In this document: positions 23,444 through 36,503 of the stretch, piece by piece | How the letters are laid out: each line of letters opens with the position of its first letter | How positions within the stretch are numbered: position 1 is the stretch's first letter | Origin: Callorhinchus milii | Lineage: Eukaryota | Assembly: GCF_018977255.1 (NCBI RefSeq) | Contig: NW_024704742.1 | Coordinates: forward strand, 97,776,001 to 97,840,000 | Direction: 5' to 3' | DNA length: 64,000 nt | Translations under genes and position numbers: made by a program | Notes under the pieces: model-generated | Told to the model about the DNA's origin: nothing | Seen by the model: only the letters and a program-made list of their open reading frames with translations | The model's database searches: none

Positions 23444-26400
23444 CTATTGATGTTTCAAACAAACACATCACAGGGAAGGTTATAAAAATATGACTTTTGA
23501 ATTTATTTGAACAAAATGCACCATATGCATTTAAAAAAGACTATACATTTGGAACTCAGGCACTGAAATAAATGACAAAGAGGCTGAGCTGACAGTGTTC
23601 CTTGCAGAAAAGAACATCAAATTATCTGTAGTTCTTCATGCACGGGAGTACCATCAACATGTCATAAAGCAGTAATTTACAGGATTTACAGTGAAGTGTA
23701 GAGGTTGCTTTAACACTAGTTTGCTGAATTTCTTCCATTTTACAACATATGAATCCAATTCTCCCACCAAGAAGCCAATATGATCATTGTGGAGCTTGCT
23801 CTTCAGTGATCACATATTCTCTGCTCTTCAGCATACAATACCCCCAGGCTTTGTTGCCCAGGATTAAAGCTATTAAATAACTACTGTGCAAATTAGGATA
23901 GGCAGCTCAGTCTCAAGACACCTCAGTGCAGTGAAACGTGGAGCGTCGATCACAGTTTGTGTCACTTTATTTTTGCTGGCAGATAAAACAAACTTCAATC
24001 ACCACAAGAAGTGGGGAATGGTGCAGTGCCACTGAAACACTGAACGAGAGGACTAATTAACATCCATCAAGGAGAGCTTCAGCATTGCAAATATAAAGTA
24101 TAAAGTTCCCTTGACCAGGGCTGAACTGTCCTCAGAGCTTGAACGTAATCCACAAAAACTCCAACTGATCACAGTTAAGATGCAAACAACTCCTCACACG
24201 ATTGGGTACTTTGGAATTAAACTCACGAGATTCAATGAACGTTTCATGAGTTGTCCTTTATATCCAAACAAGCTTCCAAATAATCAGCCTGCTCTTTCTT
24301 TAGTTTCAGCGATTGATGGGAGTTCTTTTGAAACTTGCAAGTAAATTAGCATTAAAATTAGCATTAAAAAAGAGTGTCAGGAACATGTGGCATATTTTGC
24401 AACCAGGAGTTAATTTACAACAAATGACAATAAGGAAATAATGACTGACATTCAATGATTTTAGGCATGGAGAATAAACTCTGTCAGGTCTTGGGGCTGT
24501 GCCCAAGTTCCCACCTAAGGAAATCATATAACATCAACTGAAACCTACGTCAGTGGTTTAAAATCAACACCGTTCAGTTTGAAATTACACCCAGTCCTAT
24601 ACGGGAGTGTTTCAGAATGGAAAACAAACATCAGTGTTAGCCGCTCCAAATCTCTGCAGCCATTGTTGCTCAAATAGCAAATTCTTAACTCCCACTCACG
24701 TAAGCTGCACCTATAGATGTTCATACAGTAAGCTGAGTTGATTATCTAAATGCCTCATCTGAACACCTCATCCAAAGGCAGTTGATCAGGCAACAACAAT
24801 GATCTTGAATCACGATTTCAGCATTCAGCTCGGCACTGTGCCACAATCATTGCTTGCATGGTGTATAATACACATATTTACATCTACAACTTTCCACTCA
24901 TTATCATTAGATCTGTACCTTGCTCATTGACCTTCATGTTTAATAAAAAGTCCTACCATTCAAAACAATTCTGATAATCTAAATGGCTGATTCTTGCTGA
25001 TAAAAATCAATCCATAAACCAGAACATGAAAGTATACCATTTTATTTCCACACGGCCCAAAATGGACAATACAGCAGAGACAATCAAGCTTCTCAGAACT
25101 CAGGTTCTCACCTACAAGAACATACCAGGGGTTCTGAAACACCAACAGCCGACCACAAGAATTCTGTTGTAATGCAATTACGCATTTCATGTTTTTGCAA
25201 ACGAGATGAATTTACTCATCGGATACGAACAAGTTAAGGCTTTAAAAACATAAGCTTATATACCACTGTTTCACATGTAAGGTGAGATTATTGTTCCTCA
25301 ATTAAAGCTTTGGCATTACTCCCTGCCTGATATTCAAAAACTGAACCAAAACCAGTAGAATGTGACAGGGCTGAGAGACACTGACAACTCAAGTTATGCA
25401 CATGCACAGGGTTAATAAATGATACAATTTCCCCTCATAATGTAGGTCAAATGCAGGTGTAGCAATATTGCCCATGTGCACAATTCTCAAGCACATTGGG
25501 TAGTACAAAAGTAGGTGTTGGCAAACAAAGAAAATAATGATTCTTGCATTTAATATAGCATCTTATAGTGTCATCAAAGAATCTCAAAGAGCTTCACAGT
25601 GTTTAAAGTAAGTGATGGTATTTGTAAACAAACGCAGCAGCCAATTTGCACAAAGAAATGTCTCACAAACAACCATGATCAATGATCAATTTATCTGAAT
25701 GGGAGGATCAGACAGATGGAGAAAAGCATAAAAACAGATAGAAACTTAGACTCCAAGAGAGAGAAAGAGAGAGAAAAAAAGAAGTCTGAAAGTTCAAAGA
25801 GCAAAGCTGACACTGATGTAATGACAGCTATGGCATCACGGTTACACTTATGTACTGTTATCATGGTTTAAAATGCTAAAAATGTGTTTATGAGGGCTCT
25901 ATAATTAATGAGCTTTCTTTTTTATCTTTCTCCCCCATATATAATTGAAAATTGGAGTGGGTGGAGATGTCATATAATTGAGGTTGATTAATATTGAAAA
26001 CATTATAGGAATTGTTTCTAAGTTGATTAATAAAAATCAGAACCCAGTTTTACTGCTTATCGTCAACACAGACAAATCTTTATTGGCATAAACCAGTTTG
26101 CACAGAATAACGTTCCCAACCTGGCCAAGGGCAGAACTGGCTTAATCTGGGTATGCAAGCACCTGGGTGCAATATACCTACACTCTAAATCACTTTACAT
26201 TCCTGATTGTGCAATGCACTCCAGGCTGGACAATTATGCCATCATTAGCATGGAACGGTAAACAGCATTGTGCAATCTATGTGAAGCTGACACAGACTCT
26301 CTTTTTTAAAAAAAATTGGAATTACTTGAAATTCCAACATTTGCATCTGGTATGATGGACTGAATCAGAACTATGAGATTCTGGGGACTGATGGAAATGA

Positions 26401-27368
26401 GGTGCGATATTTGCACTTAGACATACAACAACTGATTAAATTCAGTGTTAAAGCAGGAACAGTAGTACAGAATCAACTGAACATTATGTCACCATCTGGT
26501 TTGCAGCATTTACATCATTTCATCTGCACAGAGTGCAGGAGCCAATGGTGCACCTGTAAGAAAGCAATACCAGTGAATTGCCTGAGTAATGAAATACCAG
26601 GAAAAGCCTGGGACCATCGCTGCGCACTTGTCTTTTGTTGATAATTTCTCCAGATCTGCCAATCCGACACGCATGACCTATTCTACAGTATCAGGTGCAT
26701 CTGTAATTTATAAGTTTTGTGGGTTTGCAAACTACACTTTTTGTGAAGAACAGAATGTTTTTATTGTGTTTTTTCCCAGTAGAAAAAACAGTGATGAATT
26801 CACAGAAAAGAACTCTTGTTTCATGACCATAATTACAGTCCAACACCAGTGGTAGGTTATTAGATATCCCCCCAGCCTCTTTGAGACGTCACAACAATGT
26901 GATAAGGCTCTATATCAAATGTAAGGATTATTATTTCATAATTTTAAAGTCATTATTCAATTTTGTGTACATTAAATGGTCAAGCTACAGTTGGGGGAAA
27001 TCTGAAACTGCCTCAATTCCAAAATAATGGGTTGATGGCTCTGGCTTAATGCCCGATTGGCAATCACTGATGCTGAAGTTTATTTTTTTTCAAAAAACAG
27101 GCGACAGTAAACCTGCTCCAAGTTCCTACATAAATAGGATGACTATCTGGGAGGTAATGTCATTTGCAGAAATGCAATGTGAAGATTCAACTTGGTCTAC
27201 AGCTTTAAAACAATTGGTCTTAAATTCATAAGCATGGATAAGTTTGGAAAATTCTTAAATTCAGACTCAGAATACATTATTCTACAGCTGCTTCCAAATT
27301 AAGAATGAATTTAAGAATTCTGTAAAACATTAAATTTTGGGACAAAGTTCTTAATGCGACAAGAAATT

Positions 27369-27512
27369 GCTGTCCTCAAAAAGTTTCCCATTCACAATAC
27401 CAGATTATGTAACTACATATTATGATTCAGTTGTAGGGAAGCTGTCCTCAAAAAGTTTCCCATTCACAATACCAGATTATGTAACTACACACTATGATTC
27501 CTTTGTAGGAAA
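27369..27512. repeat. Two-copy tandem duplication, 72-bp unit
   Basis: GCTGTCCTCAAAAAGTTTCCCATTCACAATACCAGATTATGTAACTACA identical at 27369 and 27441. Confidence 0.92.
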
Positions 27513-28107
27513 CTTCTGTTTGATCCGTGGCAAAATGTAATTCACTATTGTGTAGGAAATTGGGCAAATGCAGTTGTTGCATGTTCACTGTAGGTCAAGA
27601 TGCAATTGAGTTAGAGGCTGAAAGCTCACTTGTAGAGAGTTCTTGTTCTGTGCAACTAAGAGAAGTTGGCTTCAATTTTCCTTTAAAGCCCAGAACAGCA
27701 CCAGTGACATTTCCCAATCATCCAAAGACAAGGTTGATCAATTCATACAATTATAAGAAGTTGTCGAGATAGAATAAAGACAGCTGTGGAGAACGGAAAC
27801 TGCCAACAACAACTTGCTTTTATATACACCCTTCACGCGGGCTGGTGTCTCAGAGTGCTCAAGCAGTCAACGTAACTCAGCCGCTTAGCAGTCAAAATAA
27901 ATAAGCGGTTTCACTCATTGATCAGGATTGTGCTATATAAATCTTGGTCTCAATTTAGTATTTGAAAGTCATTATCTCCTTCCTTCACCTTTCATCTAAT
28001 TTTACCAATAAATACACATTCCATAGGCAAAGTTACGAGTTACTAAAATGGCCCAACAACCGGGCATGGAAAGCTATTTATCTAAAGCTAAAGAAACATT
28101 CACATAC

Positions 28108-28196
28108 CTCCAATCTTGGCATTGTAAGCAACTCCTATTGTGCAGTGCGAATTGTTTGCCACAGCTGCCACCTCTCCTGCACACCGGGTTCCGTGC
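28108..28196 (-). CDS. PCSK5: PCSK5 exon 6 (catalytic His)
   Basis: cccacag|G CAC GGA ACC...ATT GGA G|gtatgt; 89 nt, (K)[29 protein letters not shown](G); phases match both neighbours. Confidence 0.96.
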
Positions 28197-28779
28197 CTGT
28201 GGGCCACACAGAAGAGAACATTATTGACTGGAGCCAAACCATGAAACTCTAGCAGCACAGACTTCTCGCCAGAAGAAAAAAAATCTTACTAATGGTTCAC
28301 ATTTAATCTTAAAAGTCTTCAATCTGCCAAAGGACTTCAGAACCAGAACACACCACAAGTAACAGCCAGTGCCCTTTTAATAAAATCAACCCACATAAAT
28401 CAACAAGTCGCTGTGGATGCAAATCTAATGACCCCCAAATCTCCTATTTTCAAACATGTGTAAAATTATTTTTTTTAGATCTTTAAATGCAAAAATATCC
28501 CATAGAAATATAGTTTAAAAGAAAAATCAAAATCACAAATAGTTAACACAGCTATGTTAACACACCACTTCCTTGACAAAGGTAGGCTGAATGTCCATTT
28601 TTGCTGAAATCTAGACAAAGAATATCTCAATAGTATAATCTATTTTAGGTTATCATTTGTTGGGAACCAGAAGTCAATTTTCGCCATAAAAATATGGATT
28701 TTTTGCATAAAACTTTTTCTGAAAAAATATCGACTTTCTATTCCATTGGGGCTTTTTCTCAAATTTCATGTTAGTAACA

Positions 28780-29215
28780 GCCTGGCTCAGTTAGTATCCC
28801 TCTTTCACTGGATTCAAAAGGTTGTGTGTCCAATCCCACGTCGGAACTTTAAACTCACAGTCTACGCTGACACTCCAATACAGTGCTAGATGAGTCTCCA
28901 TTGCATTGTTGGGACATACCGTCCTTCTGATGAAACACTAAACAGAGGTACACTGCCTATTCAGGTGGATGTTAAACACTCTATTTCACTATTCTAAAAA
29001 AAAGGGAGTTTCTCCTCGTGCCCAAGCCAACAATCTCCACAGATATAAAATTGGTCATTCTTGGTGATTGCTGTTTTTCAGACCATTGCTATCCGCAAAT
29101 TTATTGCCATGTTCACCTACAAAATGTACAGTCACTACATTTTACAATAAATGCTGTGAAGCGCTCTGAAACGGCCTCCCAATGTGAAAGATGCAATTTC
29201 AAATTTTGTGAATAA
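28780..29215 (+). mobile_element. Old Deu-domain SINE
   Basis: TGGCTCAGTTAG head, AAGGTTGTG, GCTGACACTCCAATACAGT, TTCAGGTGGATGTTAAA, GTGAAGCGCT tail. Confidence 0.7.
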
Positions 29216-31994
29216 CTTCCAAGCAAGATGTAAGTGCATCACAGTTCAGTCAATTGATGTGCAAATCTCATGAACTCAGAACCCTGCAACTGTGTATTTA
29301 GTTGGCCTTAGAGCAATGCTGCACATACGCAATATCCTTCACAAAGTGTGCTTGGTTTCCAATTGGGTTATTCAGTGATAAGATCTCTTGATAATAATCC
29401 TTGTATTTGATATAGCGCCTTATAATGCCTTTGAGATGTCTCAAAGTACTTCACAGAATATACTGTAAAATTAATTGACTATATACTTTGTGGGTGAAAC
29501 ATTGCTAGTCATCGGAAGGTAAAACAGCTTATTTGCAGTTGTACTGTGAAAAATGTTGTAATTTCTGAGTACTTTTATTATAGGCAAAAATATAGACATC
29601 AGTAACATCTTTTTAAAACCAATTTTTCATTGAATTTTTTGCTCATTAAAATTTTTTCCTCCTTTTCTGAACCCCAAATATACCTGAAAGATATCTAAGT
29701 TTTTATTTTATGGATAAAAATAGACGTTAGTGCTCTGATGAACTTTAATGGTTGGGCCCAGAAGAAAAAGCAGCCAAGTTTTATAATCTCCCATGTGGTT
29801 CTTATACAAGTGTAAAACTCGCAAGTGCTACTCTGAGCCATTTTCAAGTCACAGAACAAATCCATCAAGTGTCAAAAGACTCCAAAGCCAACTTGTAGAA
29901 TGGCAACCATGGCTTATGTAATAAATTAGATTTGTATTTGATGTTGGAGAGGAAGGAGGAGATCTTAAACAGAATTTACTGTAAAACGTAGTGTATTTCA
30001 TAGGCAAATACAATTTGTGCACAGCCTCAACCAATAAAATAGCCATGAAGTAAATGACCAATTTCATCTAAGGGAATTGTTGGTCAGGAGAAACTTCCTT
30101 CCCTTTTCGAGTAGCACCATGGGGTCTTTAGCATTCACCTGATTAGGCCGACCGGACCTTGGCTTAATGTTTCATTTCAAGGAATGCACCTCCAGCAGTA
30201 CATTGAAACCCCAGCACTGCATTAGAATGTCAGCCCAGACACTTGCACTTTTAAAAAATGTATTTCAGAAAAGTCTAAACTCATGCCATCTAAAGAAAAT
30301 AGGAAACTAATCCCCTCATAAAACACCACTGATGACATTATAAATGCCCTCATCTTTCTATCCTTGAATGTAGTTCATCATCTACAGATTGTGTTAGGTT
30401 CATTATCTAGTTGGTTGAAATAACTGATATCACGCTTCTCAGGAGATTCAAGCTCCAAAAGTCACGAGATCACTTCCATTTGTGTGCCACATAAAAGCCC
30501 TGCTGACAAACCAACCCTCGATTCCTTTCAACCGAAGCTTTCCAGCTCTGGTTACAAAGTGAAAGAGAACAAGCTAGTCCAAATCAAAAGGCTGCAAGTG
30601 AGATTGTCGGAAGATAAACCACAACGCAAAGAATGAGAAAACTCTCGGCAAACGTAAACATCCTTAAGATGTCCTCTCATCCTTTTCCAAAATAGCGCCA
30701 ACTAAATGGGGCGAAACAATAGATTGGTCACGTAACAGTGCTTATCTAAGGAATGAAGATGCTCACCTGGCTACCTGACAGAATTTAGAACGACTAGCAC
30801 TGACCAAGCTCACCCCTGCCCAAGCATTTTATCTGCTGTTTTAGATTCTGTAAAGCTCTCTGAGACAGGCAGACAATAACTCAGTTTAATATCTGATCCA
30901 AAGGATAGCATCTCCAACAATGAAACCTCCACTGCATTAGACTATACGATTCCAAGTCCCGATGTGGGGCTTGAACCCACAACCTTCTGACTCAGAGACA
31001 AGAGAGCTACCAATGAGCCATGCTGACACACAATTGCTGGTCCATTTTCCTTTGCTGTAGCCTAGGGGGCAGCTGAAGTGCTCCATCAAGAGTTAGTTAA
31101 CTTATTCAGCACAGAAGTACACTTTCAATGTGATGTGGGGCTTTCAACTAATTCTGTGACAGATCACAGTTTAACAACTGGGAATTTAGTTCCAAGGGCT
31201 GAGCAGCAGCTCCAGCTCCCACAGTAAACCAATACAAATGAATGGATTTATCCCACATTTCATGCTGACAGGCTCACTTTGTTCTTATAAATAATGACAT
31301 TTGTGAATAGAAATTTACCCTTGCAAGTCAGAAAAAAATAAGTGCTGATAGTTTGGATCTGGACACCTTTCTTTTCTTTCTCAAAGAAAGTTTCCTTAGG
31401 GATGCTGTAAGATGTGAATTTCACCACATTTTGAAAAGCAGTAAAGGTCTCGGGAGTTCCTACAAAGAGTGCATCAAGGAGTTCAGTGAGATCTTTCAGC
31501 CAGCTTGTGGACTTTTCTTAAGTGAAATAGGCAGTTCTGCGTCAAAGTTAGACTGACAAAAAGTAAATGGGGCCTCTTCAAATATAAAGTGTGTGTGTGC
31601 TTATGTGTGCAAAACAGAAAAAATAAATGTGATAAAAGCCAGAGTCTCACAAGTCTGAAAATGTTATTGTGATTTTTTTGGTGGGGGAAAAACAAAACTT
31701 GCTATTCCCCTGAAAGCTGGTGACTGTAATGGTTGTGAGAATTAGGTGGCTCAACCCATTAAACATCCTCAGTCCACTTTACCAAAATCAACAAGAGCAA
31801 TTCTCTATACCAGACTCCATGCCTCTGGGAAACTGCTCAACAGAACCCAGGCACTTTTCCATAGTCTAGAGGGCACTTTGTGCAAGGAAACATCCTTGAC
31901 AAAACGGGTTTGGGGTGTGAAGGCAGGATATTGTGAACAGCTTTGGCAAAATCCTTGGAGCAGGTTGTCCCTATGGTTAATTAGTGAAAAGGCC

Positions 31995-32410
31995 TGTCTC
32001 AGTTGGCAGCACTCTCACCTGAGTCAGCAAGCTATGGGTTCAAGCCCCATGTCAGGACTTTGAAGTCATATAGTCCAGGCTGATACTTCAAATTCAGTGC
32101 TATAGGTGCTCTGCAAAGCAGGGGATCCTTCTGATGAGATGTTAGACAGAGATCCTGTCCTCCTATTCAGGTGAATGTTCAAAATGCCTCAGCTCTACTC
32201 GAAAACAAGGAAGTTTTTCTTCAAGCCCTGGCCAGCAATTCTTCCCCCCCCCCCACCCATGAAAAAGTGGCTATTCACTTAATGGCTGTTTGTAGACATT
32301 GCTGTGTGCCATTTTAGCTGCCATGTTCACCTACAACTGCACAGGCTCTACACTTTCCCGTAAATCTTTGCAGCTCAAAGGATTTACAAAAATCAAATGA
32401 AAGTATTATT
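31995..32410 (+). mobile_element. Old Deu-domain SINE
   Basis: TCTCAGTTGGCAGCACTCTCACCTGAGTCAG...GGGTTCAAGCCCC...TTCAGGTGAATGTT...TGTTTGTAGACATTGCTGTGTGC. Confidence 0.7.
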
Positions 32411-32679
32411 ATTTTATTCATTGCAGTTCATCCACCAGACGATGCATATCCCACCAAGTCATGAAGGAACGCCTCAATTGATGAAATAACTTACAGAAAT
32501 ACCAAGCAGCACATGTGGTTTTGAAGCAACTGTAAAAAGCACATTGCCTCCTTTTGATATACTACACATTTATTTCACACACAGCTGCTGTAAAAACTAC
32601 CTGTATTATAAGATAAGTTTTTGGGGATTGGATTTTAAACTAGCCTACTGTGTAGCAATTAGTATTTTATTATTTGTCA

Positions 32680-33065
32680 TAGTTGCCAGATCAAATGCAT
32701 CAAAAAGTCTCAGATTGCTTTTACAGGCAATAAAAGCACTTTTTGTAGGTAAAGCAGCAGCCAATTTGCATTCAGCAAAGTCATAGCATGAAGTGAAAGA
32801 CCAATTAATCTGGAGGATCGTTGGACTTGTCGCTGGGAAAAACTCTTTTATTTTTGAATATTGTCATGGGATTTTTAAACTTTCATCTGAATAGGTTGTC
32901 AGAACCTCGGTTTAATTTCTTCTCTGAATGATGGTACCTCTAACAATGCACTGCTCTGGAATATTAGCTTAGACTGTGAGGTCAATATCCTGATTCGCGG
33001 CTTGAAATAACAACCTTCTGATCCAGAGGTAAGAGAAAGCGCCACAAATTGAGACGAGCTGACAC
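32680..33065 (-). mobile_element. Old Deu-domain SINE
   Basis: GCAGCAGCCAATTTGCA, GTCATGGGATTTTT, ACCTCGGTTTAA, ACAACCTTCTGA in reverse order. A further relic lies at about 29990-30245(-). Confidence 0.65.
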
Positions 33066-34269
33066 TTCAGTGCATATAATTCGCAACACTGGGATATCAG
33101 CCCCGTAACATTAAGAAGCTGGAGAACTGCTTTGTACTGAACATAAAAAGGTCACTTTCCAAAATGCTGGCTCTCACGCTGCAATCCTAGACTTGATTGC
33201 ATTAATATATTAAACATTAGAGAAACACGATGTAACAGATTTCACTCCTGCCAAATTGTTACTGCAGATGATTAGAAACGTCAATCAGTGAGGTCATGGA
33301 GCAATAAAAACAAATTGTTTTAACTATTCCCTCTTCCCCTCGAAAGTACACAAATTCCATAGAGGTTTCAGTACTTGTCTTCCAAGTCACTGGACACAAA
33401 TGCAGCATCAAATGACTGGTTAGGGCTCTTTTTCCAGGGTTGCCCTAGTTGTTTAGTAGCCAAACACACCATTGTTTGTAGTACTATCACTGCAGGACTG
33501 AGTCCTGCTCAGTGTTCAGTTAATCTCGGATACATCAACAGGTTTGCACTTACGAGGCCACAATCATGAATTTGGATGCAGTGTACCCCCACCCCTCCCC
33601 AAGTTGGGAGTGAAGTTAATGTGCGCCTGCAGTCTTCTAGTACTCCCTTCAGTGAGGTGAGGTGGTGGAAGGCTATGGACATTTAATCTTCAAAAGAGAA
33701 GATTTGAAAACACATTTCTTTAGCTGCATGGTGTAACAAGAGGCTGAGAGACTTTCACAAATCACATTCCTGATAAGGAGCAGGTGCAAATGTAAATACC
33801 TCCCTATCAGAACTCTTTTTGTATCAACACACCTTCTGATGGCCCACAATGGTACTTGCTTGGAAGTATTAATACAGACAAATCACGAGGGAGTCCAACA
33901 GGTGCACAATTGATCCTGAATAACCTCAGAGGTTGTCCACATTATCGAGTCATCATAAATCAATGGGAAACATCAAATGATAGCATTCACTAACTAAAGC
34001 ATAGAGAATGAATTTCCTGAAGGGTTAAGGTGGAAAAACCATAACCCACTGTATATCTAAGCCACGAAGGGCAAACAATGCCAAATTTGATCTACTGAAT
34101 GGTAAATATCAAGTAAATTTCTAAGCTCAACTGAGAAAGTAATAAGGGCATTTTAACTAAGCTCAGCAATCTAAAGATAGCGAGGAGACTCATTGCCTGA
34201 CTTGTGTGCTTCAAAAATCTTGAGAGGTAGCAGAGGGCTAGTTTGGAAGCCATACCATAAGGTATCAAC

Positions 34270-34665
34270 CGCGCAGCACTATCACCTCCAAGTCAGAAGG
34301 TTGTGGGTTTAAGCCCTACGTCAGGACTTGGCACTAGAATCATAGTCTAGGTTCACACTGCAATGCAGGGAGTGTCGGAGCTGCTGTCCTTCGAAGAAAC
34401 TTTAAACCAAAGTCCTCTTGTCTGCCTGTTCAGGTGACTGTTAGAGATCCCATGGCACTACTTAAAGAAAAGGGAGTTTCTCCCATGGCCCTGGCCCATA
34501 TTCCTCAAAGTAAAATTGGTCATTGTTTATGGGATACTATTGTGCAGAAATGGGCTGCCACTTACGCCTACAAATACACTTTCACTACACCTCACAGTAA
34601 ATCCGTAAAGGCTTTGAGGCATTCTCCTGATGCAAAAAGCATTATAACAAATGCGAGAATTGTTG
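34270..34665 (+). mobile_element. Old full-length Deu-domain SINE (SacSINE1/AmnSINE1 superfamily-like)
   Basis: GCAGCACTATCACCTCCAAGTCAGAAGGTTGTGGGTTTAAGCCC...TGTCGGAGCTGCTGTCCTTCG...TTCAGGTGACTGTTAGAGATCCCATGGCACTA...GGGAGTTTCTCCC...CCTGGCC...TGGGCTGCC. Confidence 0.78.
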
Positions 34666-36140
34666 CACAAATTGTTTTGAAAAAAGCCTGTTTGACATAA
34701 AGGATTTAAATTTTTGCTGCCAGCATACTTTGCCCAAAGAGGTAACTTCCTCTTTAAAGACTTTACTGATGATGGAACACTTGGCGACTCAAGTAATTTG
34801 AGATTTTCCATTTATTCCAGGAAGTTTCAAATCGTTTTTGCAGAAAATATAGAACCTTACTATGGGCTTTAGAATTTGTTTTGGAACACAAAAGCTGGCT
34901 CACAACCACTGAATGGGAATACATTCAGACAAGTACATTCTCTCACTCTAGTAACGCATCAGTTGTCTGGACAAGGCTACAGTGACCAGTGAAAATGGAT
35001 ATTTTTACGAATGGAGGAAGATGAAACAACTCGCAAGCATCACACATTTCACGGTCAAGTAAAGTACATTTCATTCATAACATTCATGTGCTTTTCCAAT
35101 TAATGTACACCTTACTGGTGACTAGTACAATCACATAGTGTCCTCTGCCTATACACTCTTGCCAGGTGAGCCACCTTTCTTTCACATTTTGCCAGAAAAG
35201 ATGAACTGCACTCTTGAAAATCCTCTGATGAAGACAGATTGAGTATCACATTCACGTGCAAGAGTGCCTTGGCCCCAAAACATATTTGGTTCATTCAACA
35301 AGGTGACTTGACAGATTTTGAAAGCTGATGCCAGCAGCAAATAAGGGTGGAAATGACATTCTTCAAACCTCCCTTCTGTGCATGTTTATCACTAGCGGGA
35401 AGAAGAGTTGTAGGTATTTGCTATCTTGTTACAAGACTGATGGCTCTTTTGGGGTAAACCATGCCAATGAAAGCAAGGGTCTATAAAACAGGAGTTTTAT
35501 TTATACCATTGCCAGGGTACACAAGTGCTGCAAAAAAAAAGTGAATGTAGCTTTCCCAAAGTTGCCCTTTAATAGTTTCCTATGATGATTGGTCGCTCTC
35601 TTCAACTCAACTCATTTTCTTAAGCATTAGTGTCATACTCATTTTTTCTACCTTATGTGAGGCACATTTCAGCCAAAATAAAAATATATATTACAGCTCA
35701 CATTTGCCAACACAGTTTGAGAGAATGTTTGGCATTTCCTTTTATTTAGAAATTCTGCCAATTTGTTGAAGAGCCTCAGCATTAGAATCTGCAAACGCAA
35801 GTTAATATAGTCATACGCAGCCATGTGTCTGTTCCAGGCACTCGTCAAAGGGGCTGATACGCAGGACTCCAATTGATATTACTGACAAATATGTTGATGC
35901 CTTACCTCACGCACCCATATACTTGCCAATGGAGAGCTATATTAAAGGCGGTCACTTGGAAATGCCTTGAAGGTTAATCAAGAAAGGTTACTGGTTGATG
36001 GAGTGGGGGGAGAAAGAGAAAAAGGGAGAAAAAGATCTTAAGTGATCCCACTTGTGGGGGGGGAGCTTTTATAAACAGGAGAGAAAATTAGACAGAAAGA
36101 GGGTAAATGTCTTATTTTATGTTCTCATAAATTTGACATT

Positions 36141-36503
36141 CGTGGAGTCCTGTAGCTCAGTGATTTCTCGTTTTGCAAGTGAGAGACCTGGGTTTGATTC
36201 CTGTCAAGGTGAAATGCTGGGCAAGTTTCCTTACTCCACATGCCTCTGTTTACCTAGCATTAAGTAGGAACCCGGTTGTTAGTCGATTGGCGGATCACTT
36301 TTTCGGGTGTAATAATTACTTCCAAAAAAAAAAAAAATTGATCACTTCAATCCATGACTGTTTGTGGAACACTGCTGTGCACAATTGGTTGCCTCATTTT
36401 GTCCACAAAATGCAGTTAATTCACTTTACAAAATATTCTGTGAAGCACTTTGAGACGTCTTGAAGACATGATAAGGCGCGATATCAAATGCAAGGATTAT
36501 TAT
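36141..36503 (+). mobile_element. Long-form tRNA-SINE
   Basis: Same head and tail as the short form plus about 65 bp extra (CTGTTTACCTAGCATTAAGTAGGAACCCGGTTGTTAGTCGATTGGCGGATC); loop TTGAA. Confidence 0.88.

Noticed and set aside
27369..27512. CRISPR-like or satellite array
   Set aside because: Only two adjacent units with no spacers, in a vertebrate intron.
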